DNA from: Mobula hypostoma
Lineage: Eukaryota
DNA length: 64,000 nucleotides
Assembly: GCF_963921235.1 (NCBI RefSeq)
Contig: NC_086102.1
Span: 54,374,001 to 54,438,000, forward strand
Direction: 5' to 3'
The position numbers and the translations under genes were made by a program. Positions 49,261 through 61,619 of the stretch are shown here, one piece after another (positions within the stretch are counted from its first letter, which is position 1; each line of letters begins with the position of its first letter). The notes under the pieces are model-generated. The model was not told the origin of the DNA, ran no database searches, and saw nothing but the letters and a program-made list of their open reading frames with translations.

Positions 49261-51610
49261 TAAGACCAAGACCATAAGACAAAGGAGCAGAAGTTGGCCA
49301 TTCGGCCCATCGAGTCTGCTCCACCATTTTATCATGAACTGATCTATTCTCCCATTTAGTCCCACTTCCCCACCTTCTCACCATCACCTTTGATGCCCTG
49401 GCTACTCAGATACCTATCAATCTCTGCCTTAAATACACCCAATGACCTGGCCTCCACTGCCGCCCGTGGCAAAAAATTCCATAGATTCACCACCCTCTGG
49501 CTAAAAAAATTTCTTCGCATTTCTGTTCTGAATGGGCGCCCTTCATTCCTTAAGTCATGCCCTCTCGTACTAGACTCTCCCATCATGGTAAACAATTTTG
49601 CCACATCCACTCTGTCCATGCCTTTCAACATTCAAAATGTTTCGATGAGGCCTCCCCTCATTCTTCTAAACTCCAAGGAATACAGTCCAAGAGCGGACAA
49701 ACGTTCCTCATATGTTAACCCTCTCATTCCCGGAATCATTCTCGTGAATCTTCTCTGTATCCTCTCCAGTGTTAGCACATCTTTTCTTAAATCCTTCAAA
49801 AAACAGAGTCCATCTCTGCAATCATGCTGCTGCTGTTAGTGGAACCGTTAGTGGCTAAAGGGATCAGCGGGTATGGAGGGAAGGCTGGTACAGGGTTCTG
49901 AGATGGATTATCAACCATGATCATACTGAATGGCGGTGCAGGCTTGAAGGGCTGAATGGCCTACTCCTGCACCTATTTTCTATGTTTCTATGTTTCTATA
50001 AGGAGACCAAAACTGCCCACAATACTCCAAGTGAGGTCTCACCAGCGCCTTATAGAGCCTCAACATTACATCCCTGCTCCTATACTCTATTCCTCTAGAA
50101 ATGAATGCCAAGTTTGCATTCACCTTCTTCACCACAGACTCAACCTGGAGGTTAACCTTAAGGGTATCCTGTATGAGGACTCCCAAGTCCCGTTGCATCT
50201 CAGAACTTTGAATTCTCTCCTCATTTAAAAAATAGTCTGCCCGTTTATTTCTTCTGCCAAAGTGCATAACCATACACTTTCTAACATTGTATTTCATTTG
50301 CCACTTCTTTGCCCATTCTTCCAATGTATCCAATTCTCTCTGCAGACTCTCTGTTTCCTCAGCACTACCGGTCCCTCCACCTATCTTTGTATCATCAGCA
50401 AACTTAGCCACAAAGCCATCTATTCCGTAATCCAAATCGTTGATGTACAATGTAAAAAGAAGTGGCCCCAACACAGACCCCTGTGGACCACCACTGGTAA
50501 CCAGCAGGCAACCAGAATAGGATCCCTTTATTCCCACTCTCTGTTTCCTTCCAATCAGCCAACGCTCTTTCCACGTATGTAATTTCCCCATAATTCTATG
50601 GGCTCTTATCTTGTTAAGTAGCCTCATGTGTGGCACCTTGTCAAAGGTTTTCTCTGAAAATCCAAATATACAATATCCACTGCATCTCCCTTGTCTAGCC
50701 TACTTGTAATTTCCTCAAAAAATTGTAATAGGTTTGTCTGGCAGGATTTTCCTTTAAGGAATCCATGCTGAGTTCTGCCTCTCTTGTCATGTGCCTCCAG
50801 GTACTCTGTAACCTCATCCTTGACCAATCGACTCCAACAACTTCCCAACCACCGATGTCAAGCTAACAGGTCTATAATTTCCTTTTTGCTTCCTTGCCCC
50901 CTTCTTAAATAGCGGAGTGACATTTGCAATCTTCCAGTCCTCCAGAACCATGCCAGAATCTATTGACTTTTGAAAGATCATTGCTAATGGCTCTGCAATC
51001 TCCACAGCTACTTCCTTCAGAACACGAGTGTGCATTCCATCTGGTTCGGGAGATTTATCTACCCTTAGACTATTCAGCTTCCTGAGTAGTTTCTCTGTTG
51101 TAATTGTGACTGTGCACACTTCCCTTCCCTGCCACCCTTGAGTGTCCAGTATACTGCTGATGTCTTCCTCAGTGAAGATTGATGCAACATACTCGTTCAG
51201 TTCCCCTGCCATCTCCTTATGTCCCATTACAATTTCTCCAGCATCATTTTCTATCGGTCCTATACCTACTCTCACCTGTCTTTTACTCTTTATATACTTG
51301 AAAAAGCTTTTAGTATCCTCTTTGATATTATTTGCTAGCTTCCTTTCATAGTTAATCTTTTCCCTCTTAATGACCTTCTTAGTTTCCTTCTGTAAGCTTT
51401 TAAAAACTTCCCAATTCTCTGTCTTCCCACTAATTTTTGCTTCCTTGTATGCCTTCTCCTTTGCTTTAACTTTGGCTTTGACTTCTCTTGTCAGCCACGG
51501 TTGTATTCTTTTTCCATTCGAAAATTTCTTCTTTTTTGGAATATACCTGTCTTGCACCTTCCTCACTTCTCGCATAAACTCCAGCCACTGCTGCTCTGCG
51601 TCCTTCCCGC
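49261..51610 (-). mobile_element. Young 5'-truncated CR1 with frameshifts; plus-strand CR1 tail nested at about 49793-49997
   Basis: ORFs 50814..51575, 50624..50848, 49980..50636 (PQGSVLGPLLF, FADD) and 49356..49631; (TCTTATGG)-type tail at 49261. Confidence 0.9.
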
Positions 51611-51939
51611 CAGTTCATCGTTCCGCTTTTCCTAGCTTCCACCTTAACACAGATTGCTCTATCCTTTGTACTGTCCTCCCCACCTCCCTCCCCATCTGTT
51701 CTCTGGACCCTAATACTTGTGTATTATTCCCTTCTCCAATGAATGGCCACCAATCTGAAACATTAAACTGCGTTTCTACCTCCACAAATACTAATTGACT
51801 AGCTGGGCATTTCCAGCGTCATCTGCTTTAGTATTTTGTTTTTCCCCCAATAGCTTTATTTTATTAAAATAATGAAATTTATGTTTATTAATCATCTAAA
51901 GAGTCTAACAGCACACATCGACTGTCAGGACAAACTCAC

Positions 51940-52284
51940 TGAACACGTTCACTTCGGTCTTCTGGGTGAACTCTTCTCCATTCTGACCCGTGACAGTGCA
52001 GTCATATGTCCCAGAATCGTTTATCTGCATATTTCTGAGGGAGAGTGAGCCGTTCGGGTACAAAAAAGCCCGGTGTGAATAGTTGAAGAGATAAGTACTC
52101 GAACTGCCTGCATCTGATATCAACTTGCCGACGTGGCGCCAAGTTATCCCATTGAAATACTTCCATTCCACTGTCTGTATCTGTTCAGAAATGCCAGTGA
52201 CTGGTACTGGCAGGAATATACTCCCAGTGACTGTTCCATTTAAAACGTTAGAGCTCGTTTCGATGACTGCCACTTGCATTACAA
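51940..52284 (-). CDS. Exon 2: Ig V-set domain (CEACAM/CD2-SLAM/HEPACAM-like N-domain)
   Basis: Acceptor tttatttacag, donor A|GTGAGT, 345 nt, phase 1-1; GTVTGSIFLP, VEW, RAFLYPNGSLSLRNMQINDSGTYDC. Confidence 0.9.
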
Positions 52285-52384
52285 CTGTAAATAAACGGGC
52301 ACAGGATTAAAAAAAACTGGTTAATATCCCAACCGAGTATGGAAAAAAAAGACAACGGTGACCAGTGTATCGGCCATGGGTTAC

Positions 52385-52439
52385 CTTGTAGCCAACAACT
52401 GCAGAACGTCATCATCGTGGACTTTCCGGACCACTCCAT
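52385..52439 (-). CDS. Exon 1 (signal-peptide leader MEWSGKSTMMTFCSCWLQ)
   Basis: Strong Kozak ACGATGG, donor AAG|GTAACC, 55 nt phase 1; joins exon 2 in frame (WLQ-VVMQVAVI). Confidence 0.75.
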
Positions 52440-52815
52440 CGTTGAGCCTCAGTACCCTCAATTCGTCGCGTCAATACAGCTGGTTCAGTCCCGTAGCATC
52501 AGCAAGTGATTCACGCTCAGGTAAAAGAAAGAGCGAATCACGAAACTTAAATGTCAGTCTGCAAGGAAAATATTAAAGGCTTAGTCAGCGATTGCACGGA
52601 AGGCAATCAGTTTGCAATATCGGTCCGACGGGGAAGCAAGCCCAGATAATATCCAGCGTAGTGGTGGTGGATTTAGATTTAATTCAATGAGTGGAATACA
52701 ATTGCATCGGAGCGTCGGGACTTGGCAGAAATTCAGCCGAATCTCTAAATTCGGCCCTCCACATCTGGGGTTAAAAAATTGGGGTGGCGAATTCTGAAAG
52801 AACATCACAAACAAG

Positions 52816-52851
52816 AGTTCTGATGAAGGGTCTCGACCCGAAATGTCGACT
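52816..52851 (+). ncRNA. Hammerhead-like motif in a Penelope-derived fragment (52816 to about 52915)
   Basis: AGUU-CUGAUGA-A-GGGU(CUCG)ACCC-GAAAU-GUC-GACU. Confidence 0.55.
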
Positions 52852-55159
52852 GTTTACTCTTTTCCATAGGTGTTGCCTGGCCTACTAAGTTCCTCCAGCA
52901 TTTTGTATGTGTTGTCTGAAAGAACTTCACATTTTTTCACGGTGTCGCAATAGAAATTGCGATCGGCGATTTCCTTAAAACAACTTGAATTCGAATAATA
53001 AAAACTCAATTCTAGGAGTTTAGGCTTATTGAAAATCAATACGAGTTGTTATAGAAGAAAAACAGGAAAGCATAAGAAACATTCAGCAGAACAGGCAGCA
53101 TCTGCAAAGAAAGAAAATTATTGGTTAGGTCAAGCACCATGGATATTCGAAACTGGAGAAGAGTAAGCCTTTCGAATTATCTGCGGCTTATTTGCCTTAG
53201 ATCCACTGTGAGATCCAATGTGTGGTAAATATTTCATGCATATCACCATCAACAATGAAAATCATTCTTAAGAATGTATTTACAATGATTAGCTGCAAAT
53301 TCTGTTTCTTAGACAGAAGGCAAAAAGATATAACCTGACCTGATTCTGAAGGTGGAAGAATCCGACAATTAGAAAATGTCGGAAATGATCCGAAAATGAT
53401 CAGAAATTAATTTAAGAGTTTGTATTTGGCACATATGTTAACTTGACCGTCGGGAATTTAAAAAGTCCTGGGTCAATTTGAGAAGCAGCAATTTAAGAAG
53501 TAACTGGGCACCAGCTGGAAACTGGAATTGAAAAGTAAAACATTGCGCAGATAGCGGAAAGCAAAAATAAATGAGGGAATACTTAACATGTTGGAGAAAC
53601 AGATCCAAAATTTCAGCTTAATAACTTGGTCTCAGAACCATTCTGACGGAAGGTCATCGAAGTTTTTTGTTTCTCTCTCCACAGTCACTGCCTGACCTAT
53701 TGAGTATTTCCAGTATTTACTAAAGAACACCACAGTCCCAGTAGAAGATGAGTCCAGTTGGATTCAACGTAACTTCTGTATTAATTTCGTATATTTGACT
53801 GACAGCTTCCCCGTCTCATAATTGTTAGGTAACTCTAGAAGTGCGAATCCATTCGATGGGAAAACAGGATGAGGGTGTGAAAATAGCGGACCGGCTGATA
53901 AATAACTAAAATTACTAATTTATCCAGTTTCTTGAATGGCCGATGCCTTAGAATTAATTCACAATATGTTCTATACGCTTACCATAATCTTTGCATCTGA
54001 ATTCGCAAACGTCGGATTAATCAGCTCTATTGCATGACATGAGAGTAAACGAATTACCGAACAAACCCTAATGTGGCCGCAGATATACAAGAAAGGAGCA
54101 GCGTGCAGAGTTCTGATGAGCAATTCCCACTATGAAAAGACAAAGGTAATTGTGAACTAGAGTCTGTTCATTTGCCGCTTCCGAAGAAGAAATACACATA
54201 AGAACGCTACAAAAGTTCAATCGTTCGAACTTATTTCAGTAATTTGAACATGATTAACCCATTTGATTCAGTTAAAGATGCAATAGCATAGTAATAATGA
54301 CTATCGATGAAAAGGGAAAACAGGTTCAATTGCCTAACGATATATTCTATCATTCAGGCAACTTTGGCAACTTTAATGCAATTACAAAGTCTGGGTATTT
54401 GACATTTCCGAATGAGAAATGTGTAATTTCTCTGCATTATAAAATGAAAATCATAATTTGAATAACGCAAACCAATGTATGTCAAGGGAATTATATTTCA
54501 AATATTTAACATCAACACATGCATATTGCAAAGCTCACCCTTTCTCAGTGTATTGTTCGCTTTAATCGCTGATATTAAGCTGTCAATCTGGAATACAAAT
54601 ATTAGCTACGATCAGGTTATCACGGTCATGGAATAAGGAAGAGTCCTCGTACCAAGGATTCGAAGCCGGCAGATAACTATAATTGTCGATCAAGCAATTA
54701 CAGATTTTCTGACCAATTGTTCCAAGGTGTAAGTTAGAAACTGTGATCGAATTGAAAAAGTCTCACGCACCGTGTTATCAGTTGAACTGCACTAGACCCT
54801 TTTCACCTTCTGAACATCGGAAGTTATCTCGGCAAGAGGTCGCAACACAACTCTCAGTGTTATCAGATTCATCTGTAATAAACGCTTATCGAGGATGACT
54901 TATAAAAAAAGAGTTTTAAAGGGTGAGAATGGAAAACACACAAGCCAGGATCCAGAGGTAACAGGAGAGGTCAAGATCTGTAAGAGACACTTTGAGCAGT
55001 TTCCTCGTTTATCTATATAATCAAGTGAGTTTCTCTGAGAAACTCGTAGCATGTTGGTGGAGAATAGTGGGATACTTAAAAAAGTTTGGTATCTTTACAC
55101 GGACGTTTTAAAGATTTCAACATAAGTGATCCCTGTCATTGATTCCCGACAGGGGTCAT

Positions 55160-57200
55160 TTAGAGTCATAGAGAACTACAGTATGGAAAAGAACAGGCTC
55201 TTCAGCCCAACTGGTACATGACAAACTATTATTCTGCCTAGTCCCATCTACCTGCATCAGGATCATAACCCTCCCATCATGCACAATCCAAACTTCTCTG
55301 AAATGCTGAAATTAAACCCTTATCCACCAATTTCACTTTCATTCCACACTCACATCGCCTTCTGAGTGAAAAAGTCCCCTCTCATGCTCGAAAGGTTCAA
55401 TAGGTACATTTAATGTCAGAGAATTATACATTCTGAAATTATTTTGCTTCGCAAACATCCATGATAACAGAGGAGTGCCCCAAAGAATGAACGACAGTTA
55501 AACGTTAGAACCCCAAAGCCCCCCAGCTCTCCCTCCCACGCGTAAGCAGCGGCAAAGTGACACACCACCTCCCCCACCAGTCCCTTTAAGCATTCTACTT
55601 TTCACCCTTAACCCATAACCTCTAGTTATAATTTCACCCTACTTTAGTAGAAAAAGCCTGCTTGCATTTATCCTATCTATACTCCACATAATTCTGTATA
55701 CCTGTATCAAATCTCCCCTCATACTCCTTTGCTCCAGGCAATAAAATCCTAATGTATTCAACCTTTTCCTATAACTCAGATTGTCAAGTCACAGTGACAT
55801 CCTTGTAAGTTTTTTCGGTGCTCTTTCAATCTTATTGATATCTTTCCTGTAGGTAGGTGACCAGAAATGCACACAACAGTCCAAATTAAACCTCACCAAT
55901 GTTTTAGAACATAGAACGGTACAGCACAGGAACAGACTATTTGGCGCTCAATGTTCTGCCAAACAGGCTAAAAATCAAATAAAAAATACCCAAACACTAA
56001 TCCCTCCTACCTACACAATATCTATGTCCCTCCATCTTCCTTACATCCATGTGCCCATCCAAACACCTCTTAAAAGTCTCTGATGTATTTGCTTCTGCAC
56101 CATGCCAGCCAGCACATACCAGGCATCCTCAACTCTCTGAGTAAATAACTTACCCATTACATCCCCCTTGAACCTACCCACTTTCACCTTCAATGCATTC
56201 CCTCTGGTTTTAGACATTTCAACCCTGGGAAACAGATATTCCCTGCCTACTTTATCTATGCCACTCATAATCTAATAAACCTCTATCAGATCTCCCCCTA
56301 GCCTATGTGCTCCAGAGAAAACAACCCAAGTGTTTCAGCTTTTCCTGATAGCACATGCCCTCTAAACCAGGCAGCATCCTGGTAAACTTCTTCTGCATCC
56401 ACTCCAAAGCCTCAAGATGCTTTCTACAGTGGAGCAACGAGAAGTGTATGCAATATTTCAGATGTAGCCTAATGAGAGTTTTATATAGTTACAACATAAC
56501 TTCTTGACTTTTGAACTCAGTGCCTCAATTAATAAAAACAACCATTCCACAAGTCTTCTTAAACACTTTAGTGACCTATGTAACCACTTTCAAGGAGCTA
56601 TGAACTTGGATCCCAAGATCTCTCTGTTCAGCAACACTATTAAGGACCTTGCCGTTGATAGTGTACTGTTTCCCTGCATTTGCCATACCAAGGTGCAACA
56701 CCTCACATTTATCTGAGTTAAGCTCCATCTGCCATTTCTCTACCCATATCTACAACTGATCCGTATCATGCCATATTCTTGCCAATCTACAACTAATACT
56801 ATCTACAACTCCACCAATCTTGGTATCATCTGCAAACTTACTAACCCACCCATCTACGTTTTCATCTAGGTAATTTATATACATCACAAACAGCAGAGTT
56901 CCCAGCACAGATCCCTGTGGAACACCTCTAATTACTGACCTTCAGATTGGGTAAGTCCTTTCAATCACTACCCTCTGTCTACTATGCACAACCCAGTTCT
57001 GAATCCAACCAGCCAATTTGCAACAGGCCCTGTGCATCTTAATCTTCTGGATTAGCCTCCTATGTTGGACTTTATCAAACACGTTGTTAAAGGGCATCTA
57101 AATAACATATATGACCTTTCCTTCATCAACATTCCTGGTAACCTCTTCAAAAAACTCTGTAAGATTGGTTAGATACGATCAACTCTGCACAAAGCAACGT
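55160..57200 (-). mobile_element. Cluster of old CR1 3' fragments
   Basis: IDKVGREYLFPRVEMSKTRG...FTQRVEDAWY; (GTTCTAT)-type tail at about 55905. Confidence 0.7.
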
Positions 57201-57216
57201 TGACTATCCCTAATCA

Positions 57217-58149
57217 GTCAGAATCAGAAGCAGGTTTATTATCACCAGTATATGTACATCATGAAATGTGTTGTCATGTGTAGCAGTACATTGCAATACA
57301 TAATAAAAATAAACTATAAGAATTAAATATATTTAAAAAGGTAGTGCAAAAAGAGAGGAAAAAATAATACATAGTGTTCATGGATTCATTGTCAATTCAG
57401 AAATTTGACAGAGGAGGGAAGAAGCTGTTCCTGAAATGTTGGGCATGATGGAGCTGGTTGAGTTTGCAACTCTCTGCAGCCTTATCTGATCCTGTGCAGT
57501 GGCCCCTCCACATCAGATGGTGATGAAACCAGTTGGTATGCTTTCCACAGTAGCAGCTGTCTTGCATTCTTTGTAATTGCATCAATATATTTGGCCCAGG
57601 ATAGATCTTCAGAGATGCTGAAACTGTTTATCCTCTCTTCTGCTGATCCCTCACTGGTGTGCGTTCCCTTGACTTCCCCTTCCTGAAGTCCACACTCAAT
57701 TCCTTGGTCTTACCGATGTTGAGTGCAAGTTTGTTGTTGCAGAACCACTCAACCAACTGATCTATCTCGCTCCTGTATGCCTTCTCGTCACCATCTGAAG
57801 TTCTGCTAACAATAGATGGTGTTTGAGCTGTGCCTATCCACACAATTGTGGGTGTAGAGAAAGTAGAGCAGTGGACTAAGCACACTTCACAGAGTGTGCC
57901 GGTGTTGATTATTAGTGAGGAGGAGATGTAAATTCCAATCCGCACAGACTGTGGTCTCCCGATGAGGAAGTCGTGGATCCAGTTGCAAAGGGAGGAGCAG
58001 AGGCCCAGGGTTTGGAGCTTGTTGATTAGAACTGAGGGTACAATCATGTTGAACGCTGAGCTGTGATCAGTAAATAGCAACCTGAAGTAGGTATTGCTAT
58101 TGTCCAGGTGATCCAAGGCCAAATGGAGAGCTGGTAAGATTGCATCCAA
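57217..58149 (-). mobile_element. Rex1/Babar LINE, 3' part (host of the Tx1 insertion)
   Basis: [33 protein letters not shown]; (ATTCTG)n tail at about 57217. Confidence 0.8.
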
Positions 58150-60610
58150 TTTTGACTTTTTAAAAAATTTATTTCAAAATATACTTTATTCAAAAATAAA
58201 TTTATACAATAAACCATTCAATAACTTTTCATCCTTTACATACGTTTCCATTATAGTCAGTACATATCCGTATTTATAGCCACCCACGTGGCACTCCAGT
58301 AGTTCAGCTTACCATATCATTGTTGAGGGGTATACTCCCCGCCCTCTGACCCCTCCCACTCCCACGGGTGGAGAAACCTATACTGTGGTCCTTCCCCACC
58401 GGGCCCTTGCGGTGGCTGCACCGAGTTTCAGTGCGTCCCTCAGCACGTACTCCTGCAACCGAGAATGTGCCAGTCGGCAGCATTCTCCCACGGACATCTC
58501 CATGTGCTGGTAGATCATCAAGTTTCGGGCCGACCAAAGAGCATCTTTCACCGAGTTGATGATCTGCCAGCAGCACCGGATGTTGGTCTCCGTGTGTGTC
58601 CCCGGGAACAGCCCGTAGATCAGAGAGTCCTCTGTTACGCAGCTGCTGGGGATGAAACGTGACACTAGCCCGTCCATCCTCCTCCACACCCTCTTTGCGA
58701 ACTGGCAGTGTGCAAAGAGGTGGGTCACAGACTCCTCCTCACTGCAGTCCTCCCGTGGGCAGTGGGGTGCGGAGACAACGTTCCGGGCGTCCAGGAGGGC
58801 TCTGACTGGGAGGGCCCCTCTCACCGCCAGCCAGGCGAGGTCTTGGTGCCTGTTGGTGAGATCTGGCGATGAGGCATTTTGCCAGATGAACCGGACAGTC
58901 TGCTCATGGAACCACCCCACTGTGTCCATCACGTCCTTCTCCTGCATTGCCTGCAGGACATTACGTGCCGACCACTGCCTGATGGCCCTGTGGTCAAAGG
59001 CGTTCTCCTGGAAGAACTTTGCTATGTAGGACAGGTATGCTGGCAACGACCAGCTGACTGGGGCGTTGCGCGGGAGTGGGGCCAGACCCATCCTTCGTAG
59101 CCAGGGCGACAGGTAGAACCTGGGCACATAGTGGTACTTGGTGCCCACATACCTGGGTTCTACACACAACCTGATGCAGCCACATACGAAGCTGGCCATC
59201 AGGGTGAGGGCGACATTGGGGACGTTCTTGCCCCCGTTGTCCAGGGACTTGTGCATGACGGTCTGTCTCACCCGCTCCATCTTGGATCCCCAGACGAATC
59301 TGAAGACAGCCCGGGTGATTTCCGAGCTGTAGGAGCTGGGGACGGGCCAGACCTGCGCCAAGTACAGCAACCCTGAGAGCACCTCACACCTGATGACCAG
59401 GTTCTTGCCCGTTATCGACAGGGAGCGCCCTCCCCACAGTCCCAGTTTCTGTTTCACCTTGGCAGTCCGCTCCTGTCAGTTCTTGTTGCACGCCTCCGCC
59501 CCTCCGAACCAGATCCCCAACACCTTCACGTGGTCAGACCTGATGGTGAAGGGGACGCTGGATCGGTCGGGCCAGTTGCCGAAGAGTATGGCTTCGCTCT
59601 TCGTGCGGTTGACCCTGGCCCCCGACGCTAGCTCGAACTGTTCGCAGGTGCCAATCAACCTGCGAACTGACCTCGGATCAGAGCAGAAGACGGTGACGTC
59701 GTCCATGTACAGGGAGGTTTTCACTTGGGTCCCTCCACTGCCTGGCAGCGTCACCCCTCTTATGCCCTCATCCCTCCTGATGGCTTCCGCAAAGGGTTCT
59801 ATGCAGCAGACAAACAAGACAGGGGAGAGGGGACAGCCCTGTCTGACTCCAGACCTGATGGGGAAGCTGTCTGTTTCCCACCCGTTGACCTGGACTGCAC
59901 TACGGATGTCTGTGTAGAGCAGTCTAATCCAATTCCGGATTCCCTCCCCAAATCCCATTTTGGAGAGCACGTCCGCCATGTACGTGTGCAATATCCTGTC
60001 AAAGGCTTTCTCCTCGTCCAAGCTGACCAGGCAGGCGTCCACCCCCGTGTCCTGCACGTAGGCGATGGTGTCCCTCATCAGCATGAGGCTGTCTGAGATC
60101 TTCCTGCCTGGTACAGCACAGGTTTGGTCTGGGTGGATCACCTGTCCCAGAGCAGACTTGATCCTGTTGGCGATCGCCTTGGACAGGATCTTGTAATTCA
60201 CATTCAGGAGAGAGATGGGTCTCCAATTTCTAATGTCCTCCCTTTCCCCCTTTTGCTTGTAGATGAGGGTGATGATGCCCTTCATCATGGACTCAGACAT
60301 ACTGCCGGCCAGAAGCATAGCATTGTACACTTCCAGCAGATCTGGGCCCATCCAGTTCCACAGAGCCGAGTACAACTCAGCTGGTAAGCCGTCGCTTCCG
60401 GGAGTCTTACCCGACCCAAAGGAACGGATGGAGCCTGTCAGCTCATCCAGGGTCAGTGGCTGATCCAGATTCTCCCGCTTGCCGTCGTCTAAGACCTGCA
60501 TGATAGACGACAGGAAGTTGCGGGAGGCTGTGGATTCTGTGGCCTTTTCGTCGTACGGACCGGCATAGAAGGACTTGCAGATCCTCAGTATGTCGGCCTG
60601 CGAGGACGCG
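58150..60610 (-). mobile_element. Young 5'-truncated Tx1-clade LINE
   Basis: RT (GVRQGCPLSP, LYMDD) and CPREDC...HLFAHC Zn finger; ORFs 59476..60867 and 58378..59457 are in one frame, separated by a single TGA; AATAAA near the 3' end. Confidence 0.92.
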
Positions 60611-60868
60611 ACTGAGCCGTTGTGGTGATAGGAAAATTGCAGCAGTTCCAAGTCCGTGCTTAAGCAGGAGTTGACTTTGGCCATGACCAACCTTTCAAAG
60701 CACTTCACAGTAGATGTGAGCGCCACTGAGTGATAGTCATTGAGGCAGCTCACCCTACTCTTCTTGGACACTGGTTTGATTGTTGCCCTTTTGCAGCAGA
60801 TGGACACCTTCAACTGCAGCAGTGAGAGACTGAAGGTGTCAGTGAGTGATGACATTTGCATCATCAAT
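60611..60868 (-). mobile_element. Rex1/Babar LINE, 5' part
   Basis: ATIKPVSKKSRVSCLNDYHSVALTSTVKCFERLVM...LLQFSYHHN continues as DAI at 58149. Confidence 0.8.
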
Positions 60869-60870
60869 AG

Positions 60871-61615
60871 CAGGGGTCCCCAACCAATTTTGCACCGCGG
60901 ACCGGTTTAATATTGACAATATTCTTGCGAACCGGCCGACCCGGGGGGGGTGTGTTCAAGTAGGGTTAAATTCACCTCAACATGTCTTTTACAGTTAGGG
61001 TTGCCAACTTTCTCACTCCCAAATAAGGGACAAAAGTAGCACTCAAATCGTGGGACACTTTATCCGGGGAAAAGACTACCATGACCATGAAGCCTTGCGC
61101 GGGCACCTGTGAGCGCATGCGTGACGCGCGTATGCGCGTACGTGCCGATTTTTTTCCCCACAAATCGGTTTTCTCTTCATCTTCTCGACTATACTCTGCA
61201 TACATTATTTCTACTTTATATATAGGCTGTGTATTTATCATATCATTCCTGCTTTTACTATATGTTAGTGTTATTTTAGGTTTTATGTGTTATGTGGTAT
61301 GATTTGGTAGGTTATTTTTTGGGTCTGGACCAACGCTCGAAAATTGTTCCCATATGAATTAATGGTAATTGCTTCTTCATTTTACGCCATTTCGGCACGA
61401 AAGGTTTCATAGGAACGCTCTACCTTAGCGGGGGAAATACGGGACAAGGGCGGTCCCGTATGGGATAAACCAATTTAGCCCAATATACGGGATGTCCCAG
61501 CAAATACGGGACAGTTGGCAACCCTATGTTCAAGTTCAACAGTGTGTGACAGAGAATGAGGAAAGGTGCAGCTGACTCATATCGTTTCCTCACGGCCCGG
61601 TAGCACATGCTTTGC
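60871..61615. mobile_element. Composite hAT-type MITE (outer CAGGGGTCCCCAAC element plus inner TAGGGTT element)
   Basis: Inner element 60961-61526 flanked by 8-bp TSD TGTTCAAG; outer right TIR missing. Confidence 0.75.
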
Positions 61616-61619
61616 GGCG

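Noticed and set aside
49261-51610. Apparent 5' inversion (twin priming) of the CR1 at about 50000
   Set aside because: The minus-strand CR1 is collinear across the plus-strand tail (TTCTTAA...ATAAGGAG), so it is a nested insertion rather than an inversion
54105-54145. CTGATGA...GAAA hammerhead-like spacing
   Set aside because: No stem II pairing and no NUH cleavage triplet or stem I partner
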